Origin: Ranitomeya imitator
Lineage: Eukaryota
DNA: 64,000 nucleotides
Reading direction: 5' to 3'
Assembly (NCBI RefSeq): GCF_032444005.1
Contig: NC_091291.1
Span: forward strand, 137,144,001 to 137,208,000
The position numbers were made by a program, and so were the translations under genes. The notes beneath the pieces are model-generated. The model was not told the DNA's origin. It saw only the letters and a list, made by a program, of their open reading frames with translations, and did no database searches. This document shows, in pieces, positions 50,162 through 60,480 of the stretch. Position 1 is the stretch's first letter. Each line of letters starts with the position of its first letter.

Positions 50162-51250
50162 TCATGCGGAGGTGGATCTTCCAGTCCTGGGTCTGGAGGA
50201 TCTACCCTGGGAGTAGCGAGGACGCCAGGACGGAGTGGGCCTAAAGGCCACCGCATTCTTCTCTTGACGTGCCTGTGGCCTCTGTTGCTGCTGGGAATGG
50301 GAGCTTGACGCAGCAAAGCGACGAAAAGGCCGAAAAGAGCAAAAGTGCCATCTAGGAGGAGGGCGACGAGGCTTAGCCTGGGGGAGAAGAGAACTTGTAC
50401 CCCCGGTGGCGTCCTTAATGATTTGGTCCAGCTGGGAACCAAAGAGACGAGAGCCCTGGAAGGGCAGACTAGTGAGGGACTTTTGGAAGACAAGTCCGCC
50501 TGCCAGGCCTTGAGCCAAACAGTCCGGCGGATGGCAACGGCATTGCTGGAAGCCTGAGCCGCACAAGACGCGACATCCAGGGAGGCGGAGACCAGGTATT
50601 CACCGGCGTGGGAAATCTGGTTGGCAAGTTCCGCTAATTGCGCGGGAGGCGCCCCGTCCAGGATACCTCGCCGTAGATCCTTGGCCCATTTTGAGATGGA
50701 TTTTGAGGCCCAAGTGGAAGCAAAAGCTGGACATAGAGCCGCTGAAGCCGCTTCCAAGGCAGATTTCGCGAAGGATTCTATAACTCTGTCGTTAGAATCC
50801 TTCAGAGATGCTCCACCGGACAGTGGAGGCACCGTGTTTGTGAACACCCTGGAAACCGGGGATCCACCGAGACTGTCCAATTGGCGGTAGGTTCTGGAGA
50901 AAAAGGATACAAAACACCAAGGCGTTTTCCACTCTGAAAACGACTGGTCGGGTTTGCTCTTTCTCTGTTCATGATTTTCTCGAATTCAGGATGAGGAGCA
51001 AAAAACTTGGAAGGTGGTTTAGCCCGTCTAAACGAAACCGCCTGATCTGCGGGTTCCGTAGAGGGATCCTTGATGCCACAGGTTTGGTTTATAGCTCCAA
51101 TGATTCTGAACCATATCCCTCATAGTGGCGATTTGGTTAGAATCCAGCTCCGAAATATCATCCGAGGGCGCATAAGAAAGGGCACCTTCCCAGAGAACGC
51201 CTTGCCTGACTCAGGGGAGGACAACGCCTAACGCAGAGGAGAACCGTGTG
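50162..51250 (-). pseudogene. DIRS gag-like ORF1 (fragmented)
   Basis: AVAIRRTVWLKAWQAD...LPFQGSRLFGSQLDQII, typical of vertebrate DIRS ORF1; several frameshifts. Confidence 0.7.
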
Positions 51251-54200
51251 GCGAGATGGAGCGAGAAGAGGACTCAGACCGACGTTCCTGTCTGGACCTT
51301 TTGTGGCTTATCAAGAAGGGCTCGGACGGAGGCTCCTGTGACCCGCTGGCTACTGCGGGGGTCTGCAGAGGTAATCAATCCAGCACGGACACCAAAATTT
51401 GAGACACCCGTGTTAGATCGGCCACCGATTGTGACAGAGATGAGGCATATCACTCTCGGACGGTAGGAATAATTGTGTTGCTGCAGGCCTGACAGAGCGG
51501 AGATCTGAAGAAAAGCCAGAGGGTTAGGGGACAGCGGAGCAGAGGGGGGTGTCAGTCTGCAGTGCAGATACTCACGGCAGATGAGAAAACGGATACCAGG
51601 TAGAGGAAGCTGTCCAGCTGCGGTGGATCTCCGGAGAGAAGACGAGCCCCTGCTGCAATTCGCGCAGATGGTGACCGCTGGAAGGACGGGCATGATGTGC
51701 GCTCAGGAAGGTGCGGAGCGCGATGAGTTAAAATCCAGATGCCGAGCAGCGGCGTAGAGGAAGGGGAGGAGTCAGCTGAGATAGCGCCGGATAGATTGTC
51801 GGGCGGGAGAAAGCCCGCCCGATTAAAACGGAAGTGGGCGGAGCGCGGCACCGGAGGTAGGCCCCGGGAAGCGCCGGGGCCTAAATTATAAGCCGGCGAC
51901 CGCCGGAAGTAATCAGCGGTGCGGGCACAGCCCGGCTAAGAGGCGCGGCAGCCGCCGCATGGAAAGGGGAGCGCTGCCGCCGACGCCGGAAGCAGGCCCC
52001 GGAAAAGCCGGGGCCTAGATTAGAAGCCGGCGGCCGCTGGAGGTAAACAGCGGGGCGGGCGCTGCCCGGCTAAGATGCACGGCAGCCGCCGCATAGAAAG
52101 GGGAGCGCTGCCGCCGGGGTCTATATTAGAAGGCGGCGGCGGCCGCTGGAGAGAACGGCGGGCCGCGAGCAGGCTCCTAAAAGGTACGGCCCCCCCAGAT
52201 AGCCGCGCCGCAGGGTGAAAGGGTGCGGCCGCAGACAAGGCAGTGTGTCTGCCTGTAAAAGTGCGGCCACCGAGGGGAAGCTGCCGGACATCAGGGCAAA
52301 CGATATGCCAGGAAAAGTGCCCGCAGTAATAGAAGTGCGGCCGCAGAAATAGCAGCGCGGCTGCCTGTAAGGCACCGCACCGCACAGTAAAGATGCAACC
52401 GCAGGAAAGGAAGGAATCCGCTTGTAAGGCGCCGTGGGAGAGCTGATTAGGGGAAAAAAATACTCACCTAAAATCCCACGCCGTCCGGTACTAACCTTAA
52501 AGCGTAGAAAGTATTAGACGTCCGTGGAGCTGGAGACGGACGTCCTCGTCTCCTCCAACCGACAGGCTCTGGAAGGCGAGTGGGTGGGGGACGGAGCCAG
52601 GACCGGACTTCTAAGCACGCTTGTGTGCTAGGCTCTTGGTCCTGGAGAGGGATCTATGAGGATACGGGGTGGCAGTACACGCCGTACTCATAGTCCGCAT
52701 TGTGGGAATACAGGTGTGACTGCTCACCCTGTATCCCTCCGGAAACCTGAAAAGAAACGACGCACATTGAGGTAGATAAGGGTCTAATGAAAGACCCGTG
52801 TCCACCTCCTACTGACACTAAGCTAAACTGAAGAGTATAATGCCAGTCGGTGGGGTGTACACTGCAGAGGAGGAGCTAACTTTTTTTATTTGCATAGTGT
52901 CAGCCTCCTAGTGGCAGCAGCATACACCCATGGTTCCTGTGTCCCCCAATGAGAGGCGATAAAGAAAGCAAAACTTATGGCTCTGGGACGGAAAAAAAAA
53001 ATAAAGTGCAAAAATGGAAATTGTCCTAGGTGCCGCTGTTCTCGGCAGCATGTTTATGCAGGATGATGTGCTGCCGAGAACAGTGATCTTAAAGTATTAT
53101 TTCACCTGATGATCAAGCGGTTTTCTCGCTCTTCGCTCATTCACATTAACCGGCCACTGCAAATGCGCCTAAGGAAGCGACAGGAGGAGGAGGAGAGGCC
53201 TGTAGAGGTGGTCCTGGGGGGTGAACACTGCAGGGAAGGTGCCATGACCCTTGGAGTCAACAAGCCCAAGATGTCTCCTGTCCTGGACACGGTGGGGGAG
53301 GGCTGCGTACACAGCATTGTTCTACTCTGCCGGGGGCGTCACTGTGCAAGGAGACAGGCAGGAGACTGCAGACCTTGTCTAGTTATAATGCCCAAATATA
53401 AATAGATGTGTGCTGTCACCTGAGAGATTTCTGTTACTTTGGGTCCCACTGAAGACCCCCATGTCGGCCACACAATGGGTCATTGCACAATACACTGCGG
53501 CGAATCGTTCACGAGATCAATGATCAGACTGGAACTGATATCACTGCAGCCTCACAGCGCTGGGGTCCTGGGTCCAAATCCCACCAAGGACAACATCTGC
53601 AAGGGGTTTGTATGTTCTCCCCGTGTTTGCGGGGGGTTTCCTCCCCCACTCCATAGACTGATAGGGAATTTAGATTGTGAGCCCCGATGGGGACAGTGAT
53701 GATAATGTGTGCAAACTGTAAAGCGCTACGGAATATGTTGGCGCTGTATAAAAATACAGATTATTATTATCCACAGTGACCTGTACAGGAGTCCGGTCAC
53801 CACACACCACCAGATCCAAACAGCACCGATCCCCCAGAATCACAGACCCCCGAGCTTATAAATAACATCAATGGTTGAAAATATTCCTCACCCTTCTGTA
53901 AAATATAGGGTCAGAGTCTGTCTATCTATGCACGGTGTATCTATAGGGTGCGTGTATATGTATTATGTATATACATATATGGGGTCAGTATGTATACAGC
54001 TATGTACGGTATATATATATATATATAATTGAACAGCATCCAGTACTAACTCACATGTTGTGCAAAGCTCTCCCGACCAGCAATCCAATGGTCTACAAAT
54101 AGAAGGTAAAAAAGAGAAGCCTTGAGAGAGGATACTATATCCGAAATGTCGCCACGCCGTTCAGGCAATAAAGTCCACGGTTTTTCTATTTTCTTGCGCT

Positions 54201-54463
54201 GCTTTCTCTTTTTTACTATATATATATATTGTATACAGGGTGTGTGTGCATGTATTATGTATATACATATATAGGGTCAGTATATAGCCATGTGTGGTGT
54301 ATATATAGGGCGTGTGTATTTGTATTATGTATACACATATCTGGGCTCAGTTCGGGACCTCTCCCCTCCCCCACCCCTCCTGCACGCAGCCGCCATTACC
54401 CAGCTGACTGACTGACTGACTGGCAGATGTGACGGGTGAGGAGCCGCACACGGAGCCACTTAC

Positions 54464-54570
54464 CGCGACCACTGCACCCGCCGGAGCCTCCCGGTCACCT
54501 CACCGCCATCCCGCTGATCGTCCGAACCCTGCTCCGCCCGACTGCCCCTAATAGGAACTTCCGGCAATCG
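54464..54570 (-). other. MTOR: Putative non-coding MTOR exon 1
   Basis: CpG-rich island; consensus donor GCG|GTAAGT after 54464 and a second donor GCG|GTGAGG after 54504. The TSS position is inferred. Confidence 0.6.
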
Positions 54571-54640
54571 ATAATGATCCGGGCAGAAACATCCGCCCGA
54601 GAAAAAACGTTCCGGGGAATCTTAGTTCCTGAGATACGTG
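54525..54640 (-). promoter_or_regulatory. Putative MTOR CpG-island promoter (ETS/GABP CCGGAAGT at 54557-54564, GC boxes)
   Basis: Motifs read directly; typical housekeeping architecture. Confidence 0.55.
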
Positions 54641-54691
54641 TCCTCTGTGCACATAGCAAGTGAGAATACTGTGTGCAACCACCTGCTCCTT

Positions 54692-56610
54692 CCCCCCACA
54701 GGTGCCCCGGTCATATGTGTGCCCCCACAGGGGCCCCGGTCATACGTGTGCCCCCACAGGGGCCCCGGTCATATGTGTGCCCCCACAGGGGCCCCGGTCA
54801 TACGTGTGCCCCGGTCATACGTGTGTCCCTGTCCCCACAGGTGCCCCGGTCATATGTGTGCCCCCACAGGTGCCCCGGTCATATGTGTGCCCCGGTCATA
54901 CGTGTGTCCCTGTCCCCACACGTGCCCCGGTCATATGTGTGCCCCCACAGGTGCCCCGGTCATACGTGTGTCCCTGTCCCCACAGGTGCCCCGGTCATGT
55001 GTGCCCCCACAGGGGCCCCGGTCATACGTGCGCCCCCACAGGTGCCCCGGTCATATGTGCGCCCCCACAGGTGCCCCGGTCATATGTGCGCCCCCACAGG
55101 GGCCCCGGTCATATGTGCGCCCCCACAGGTGCCCCGGTCATATGTGCGCCCCCACAGGTGCCCCGGTCATATGTGCGCCCCCACAGGTGCCCCGGTCATA
55201 TGTGCGCCCCCACAGGTGCCCCGGTCATATGTGCGCCCCCACAGGTGCCCCGGTCATATGTGCGCCCCCACAGGTGCCCCGGTCATATGTGCGCCCCCAC
55301 AGGTGCCCCGGTCATACGTGCGCCCCCACAGGTGCCCCGGTCATACGTGCGCCCCCACAGGTGCCCCGGTCATACGTGCGCCCCCACAGGTGCCCCGGTC
55401 ATATGTGTGCCCCCACAGGTGCCCCGGTCATACGTGTGTCCCTGTCCCCACAGGTGCCCCGGTCATATGTGTGCCCCCACAGGTGCCCCGGTCATATGTG
55501 TGCCCCCACAGGTGCCCCGGTCATACGTGTGTCCCTGTCCCCACAGGTGCCCCGGTCATATGTGAGCCCCCACAGGTGCCCCGGTCATACGTGTGTCCCT
55601 GTCCCCACAGGTGCCCCGGTCATGTGTGCCCCCACAGGGGCCCCGGTCATACGTGCGCCCCCACAGGTGCCCCGGTCATATGTGCGCCCCCACAGGTGCC
55701 CCGGTCATACGTGCGCCCCCACAGGTGCCCCGGTCATACGTGTGCCCCCACAGGTGCCCCAGTCATACATGCGCCCCCACAGGTGCCCCGGTCATATGTG
55801 CGCCCCCACAGGTGCCCCGGTCATATGTGCGCCCCCACAGGTGCCCCGGTCATATGTGCGCCCCCACAGGTGCCCCGGTCATATGTGCGCCCCCACAGGT
55901 GCCCCGGTCATATGTGCGCCCCCACAGGTGCCCCGGTCATATGTGCGCCCCCACAGGTGCCCCGGTCATACGTGCGCCCCCACAGGTGCCCCGGTCATAT
56001 GTGCGCCCCCACAGGTGCCCCGGTCATATGTGCGCCCCCACAGGTGCCCCGGTCATACGTGTGCCCCCACAGGTGCCCCGGTCATACGTGTGCCCCCACA
56101 GGTGCCCCGGTCATATGTGTGCCCCCACAGGTGCCCCGGTCATACGTGTGCCCTCACAGGTGCCCCGGTCATACGTGTGCCCCCACAGGTGCCCCGGTCA
56201 TACGTGTGCCCCCACAGGTGCCCCGGTCATACATGTGCCCTCACAGGTGCCCCGGTCATACGTGTGCCCCCACAGGTGCCCCGGTCATGTGTGCCCCCAC
56301 AGGTGCCCCGGTCATACGTGTGCCCCCACAGGTGCCCCGGTCATGTGTGCCCCCACAGGTGCCCCGGTCATATGTGTGCCCCCACAGGTGCCTTGGTCAT
56401 ATGTGCGCCCCAACAGGTGTCTGATCATACTCGTGCCCCTCAAATGTGCACCAGTCATACACATGCCCTGATCATACATTCAGCCTCACAAGTCTCCTGG
56501 TCATATGTGTGCTCTCACAGGTGCCCATTTGTACGTGCGTCCCTACCGGTGCCCGGTCACACATGCGCCCCAGCAGGTTTCCTGGTCATGCGTGCGCCCC
56601 CCACAGGTGC
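54692..56610. repeat. 29-bp minisatellite (about 60 copies) immediately upstream of the MTOR promoter
   Basis: CCCACAGGTGCCCCGGTCATA(T/C)GTGCGCC; decays after about 56400. Confidence 0.97.
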
Positions 56611-56889
56611 CTCAGTGTTCTCTGCTCCACCACTGTCTTCAGCGGTGCCCTGAGAGCCGTTCGTGACTGGGTGGGGGGCACGTTAGGGTGTCGGCCTGTG
56701 TGAAGGATTGCACTGTGGGGCAGAGCCCACCTTGCCTGTATGGAGTGGGCTCAGGAGCTGTTACACCGCTGGTACCCGTGTGTAACCTCTGCCATTGGAG
56801 CTTTACCCCTTAGATGCCACTTTTATATGTGACATCTGCATTTAATCTTCTCCCCGTCTTCATAGATGGATATTGTCGGATACAACCTG

Positions 56890-57250
56890 TAAATATGAGC
56901 AGTTTTGCAATTTGCTCTTTGTTAAAATTTTCAGCCGCTCTTGAGACATTAAGACTTTTCTTCTGTTTACAGCTCGTTGCCTTGGAGATCGACCACCGCT
57001 ACTAGACAGCAGGACATGGGCGGTGCTTGTAGCCTCTTATCTATTGAGCTTGTAAGCGCTGCTCTGATGCTGCCAGGATGTCTGGAGCGCTGTTACCTCC
57101 TAATCCCGGCCAGCTTCGGCGCGGTGTATATAAGCCAGACATAAGCGGCGGTCGGTCTCCGCGGCAACAAACTAAACTGTAAGAAAAGTCTTAATATCTC
57201 AAGAACAGCTGAAAATTTTAACAAGCAGTAAATTGCAAAACTGCTCATTT
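56890..57250. mobile_element. MITE-like inverted repeat (about 105-bp arms, about 140-bp loop)
   Basis: 56893-57000 is the reverse complement of 57143-57250 at roughly 80% identity (by eye). Confidence 0.6.
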
Positions 57251-57539
57251 TTAGAAGAACGGTGCAACAATGTCCTTCTAAGAAGAGGGGATTAACCCTT
57301 TGAAGGCCTGGAAATAAGGGAGGTCTCTCCGCCATATGATTACGGGATCCCCTCATGTCTCAGGTTTCCCTAAGGGCGACAAAAAAACAAAAATATAAAA
57401 AATATATATATTTGTTCCCATCTCCTGTTTTTTTCCCCCAGAACATAAAATGTAAAAAATAAGAAATGACAATATCAGTTTTTGCCGCGTGACCATCCGG
57501 ACTGATAAAGTATCAGAATATTGATCCCGAGAAGGGAAC

Positions 57540-58427
57540 GGAGACGCAAAAAAGGCAAAAGGAGCTGCGAAAAAGGCAAAAGGAGCCGTGAAAAAGGCAA
57601 AAGGAGACGCGAAAAAGGCAAAAGGAGCCGTGAAAAAGGCAAAAGGAGACGCGAAAAAGGCAAAAGGAGACGCAAAAACGGCAAAAGGAGACGTGAAAAA
57701 GGCAAAAGGAGACGCGAAAAAGGCAAAAGGAGCCGCGAAAAAGGCAAAAGGAGCCGCGAAAAAGGCAAAAGGAGACGTGAAAAAGGCAAAAGGAGCCGCG
57801 AAAAAAGGCAAAAGGAGCCATGAAAAAGGCAAAAGGAGACGCGAAAAAGGCAAAAGGAGCCGTGAAAAAGGCAAAAGGAGCTGCGAAAAAGGCAAAAGGA
57901 GCCGCAAAAAAGGCAAAAGGAGCCGCGAAAAAGGCAAAAGGAGCCGTGAAAAAGGCAAAAGGAGACGCGAAAAAGGCAAAAGGAGCCGTGAAAAAGGCAA
58001 AAGGAGACGCGAAAAAGGCAAAAGGAGCCGTGAAAAAGGCAAAAGGAGACGTGAAAAAGGCAAAAGGAGACGCAAAAACGGCAAAAGGAGACGCAAAAAA
58101 GACAAAAGGAGATGCGAAAAAGGCAAAAGACGCGAAAAAGGCAAAAGGAGACGCAAAAACGGCAAAAGGAGCCGTGAAAAAGGCAAAAGGAGCCGTGAAA
58201 AAGGCAAAAGGAGACGTGAAAAAGGCAAAAGGAGACGCAAAAACGGCAAAAGGAGATGCAAAAAAGACAAAAGGAGACGCGAAAAAGGCAAAAGAAGACG
58301 CGAAAAAGGCAAAAGGAGACGCAAAAAAGGCAAAAGGAGACGCAAAAAAGGCAAAAGGAGACGCAAAAAAGGCAAAAGAAGACGCGAAAAAGGCAAAAGG
58401 AGACGCAAAAAAGGCAAAAGGAGCCGC
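57540..58427. repeat. 21-bp A-rich minisatellite (about 42 copies)
   Basis: AAAAAGGCAAAAGGAGACGCG. Confidence 0.97.
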
Positions 58428-58939
58428 AGAATCGCTACTCGTGTCACATCCCCCCTAAAAAAGAAGTTGGAAAGTTGGGAAAATAGCGACAATAAAAATA
58501 CGGCCCTGATACGGCGCCACCGACAGGAAAACGGGCGCAACCGCTGCGGAAGAGGAAAAAGTGACACGGGGGCGCAATTACGCAGATATGGGGGAGTCGT
58601 ACTCCAGAAATAACAGGGGGTGAGGTCAGGGGCGCAGATTTAGTGCTCATTCCTGCATGTCGTCCCCTCCGGCCTTCTTTGGGGGTAAACGCTCACGCGA
58701 TCCGCGCCACCGTCCGTTTTTGGGCGACCTCCATCCGTCTGACAGCGACAGGATTTTAGACAGTGACCCCACACTACAACTCTGCGCCTGTTATCTGACC
58801 CCGCACTCTGGGATTTGTGGTTCTTCAGCAGTTACAACGTTAAATAGTGCCTGCGGAGGAATACGAAGAGGACGCGAACGTCGTGAGTGCAGTGCGTGGC
58901 GGAGGAGGCGGAGAGCGGCCACACAAGAAGCCGGATAGG

Positions 58940-59056
58940 ATTAAGCGTTGCACACCAAGATGGCGGCGCTCAGCGGAGCTGGTTCCGGGCGGCCGTGCGG
59001 CTGCCGGCGGCGGGGACCGGACCCGGAGCAGTGAGGAGGGGACACCGGCCTGTCAG
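58940..59056 (+). other. UBIAD1: Putative UBIAD1 upstream exon / CpG-island start with YY1-type CAAGATGGCGGC
   Basis: CpG-rich; YY1 motif at about 58957-58968; donors at 59031 (GCA|GTGAGG) and 59057 (CAG|GTATCT). The coding exon has a clear upstream acceptor, so some upstream exon is needed. Confidence 0.55.
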
Positions 59057-59339
59057 GTATCTGCGCTGTGCCACATGGGCAGGAGCCGCTGACGACTACA
59101 AGTCCCAGCCCTGCTGGCTTATAAAGGTCACTTATGGAGGAACTACTACTCCCAGCCAGTTTTAGTGACAGGACATCCTGGGAGTTGTCTGTCTCCAGCC
59201 TTCTCAGGTTCTCCCTATCCTCCTGGAGCCTCACTGCTACTGGTGGCTGACTGGACACGCTGGGACTTGTAGTTCAGTAACTTCTTCTGTGTGAAATGGT
59301 AAACTGTTCTTCTATCTGCTTGCTGTCAGTGAATAGCAC

Positions 59340-60480
59340 TGTGATGAGGGAACAGCCGCCATCTTGGGACAGGCATACTAACAGATTGGCGTGACTCCAT
59401 TTTGTCTCCTGGTCACAGGTCTGCAGCGAGGAGTGCTTCTGTCCCCCACCTTTTCTAATGAATAAAGTTCCTATTAGTATGCTAACGGGCTGAGCTCCGT
59501 GTAAACTGTAGAAGGTACTTCAAAGCTCAATGCTTGGGGGCTTAATTAAAACACGCATGCCAAGTGGCCACCAGATACACATCTATTGTGGCCGTCCAGT
59601 CGAACCGTCTCCAACATGGAATCGTGAATTATGGACGCATCGTCCGAGGTACCGGCTCATAAAAAATATTCCCCTCGCCCTAAAGAAATTGCGCATCTAA
59701 CCGTGCGACTCCCGTGTCCGTGGGAGGCCTGAAACCCGAGATATAGGGATCAGCCTCCCACAGGGACCGAATGGGTCCAGGTTTGATCCCAGTACGACCG
59801 TCAGAACAAACCACAGGCGCTGGTACTGCCCGTGTGCTGATCCGATCATCCTGAGGGAAGTTATCCCATTTATTAGATATTGGGATAAATCTTGCAGGGA
59901 GGCAGAGGGGGTGGAGATTGCTGAGCCCACCCAGCTGCAGGTGGGGGGCATAGAAGGTTTAAGAAGAGCTGAGGTCACTGGGAGAGTCTCACTCCACAGA
60001 AGAAGATGATGATGATATCTTAAGGAACAGGGTATGCCAGCCAGAGGGGAACAAGCACATGCTTTCTGGGGGCAGCCCGGCAACTAAGTTTGGGACCTGC
60101 GGAATGCTATGCCCCCCCGGCTTCCACAAACGACCTCCAACCTGGTAAATTGACCTCCAGCGTTATACCTTTAAGCCTTGTATTATTGTTGTTATATTGT
60201 ACTCTGACTGTAACTCTTGATATATTGTGATTGTATATTTCTTGTAATTATCTAGTGCGCCCTTAAGGCAATTAAATCATAAATTAATTTTGGGCTGATC
60301 CTTTTACTCTGATTGCGAATCTTAGAATACCCAGGGTGGGTAACAGGGCAGTCTCCCCGGCGGCCATTTGCTCTAGGTGCAGTTCCCTTACTGACCTGAG
60401 ACAAAGGGGGCGCCGGAGAGCTGGGCCTGTGTAGTGACGTCACGGATTGGTGACGTGGGAGGAAGGGGTAATCCTTCACA
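59340..60480. mobile_element. Solo LTR (1,141 bp)
   Basis: TGTGA...TCACA termini flanked by a perfect 5-bp TSD AGCAC (59335-59339 and 60481-60485). Confidence 0.85.

Larger units (their letters stand above)
46786..52967 (-). mobile_element. DIRS1-type tyrosine-recombinase retrotransposon, full-length structure, in MTOR intron 1
   Basis: 126-bp inverted terminal repeats (46835-46960 and 52826-52951); ICR at 47078-47177 complementary to both ends; gag, RT/RNaseH, methyltransferase and YR remnants; AAA/TTT core at both junctions. Confidence 0.95.
4047..54570 (-). other. MTOR: MTOR gene span (exons 1-30; 3' part lies left of the window)
   Basis: 29 GT-AG-bounded exons splice in frame into a protein collinear with human mTOR. 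Exon sizes match human except exon 2 (-24 nt), 12 (-3), 15 (-6) and 25 (-3). Confidence 0.99.

Noticed and set aside
54638-56653. Cys/Pro-rich ORFs up to 671 aa
   Set aside because: 29-bp array open in three frames; no coding constraint visible.
54570-58960. Single bidirectional MTOR/UBIAD1 promoter
   Set aside because: The two CpG-rich starts are about 4.4 kb apart and separated by two arrays and a MITE; they look like separate promoters.
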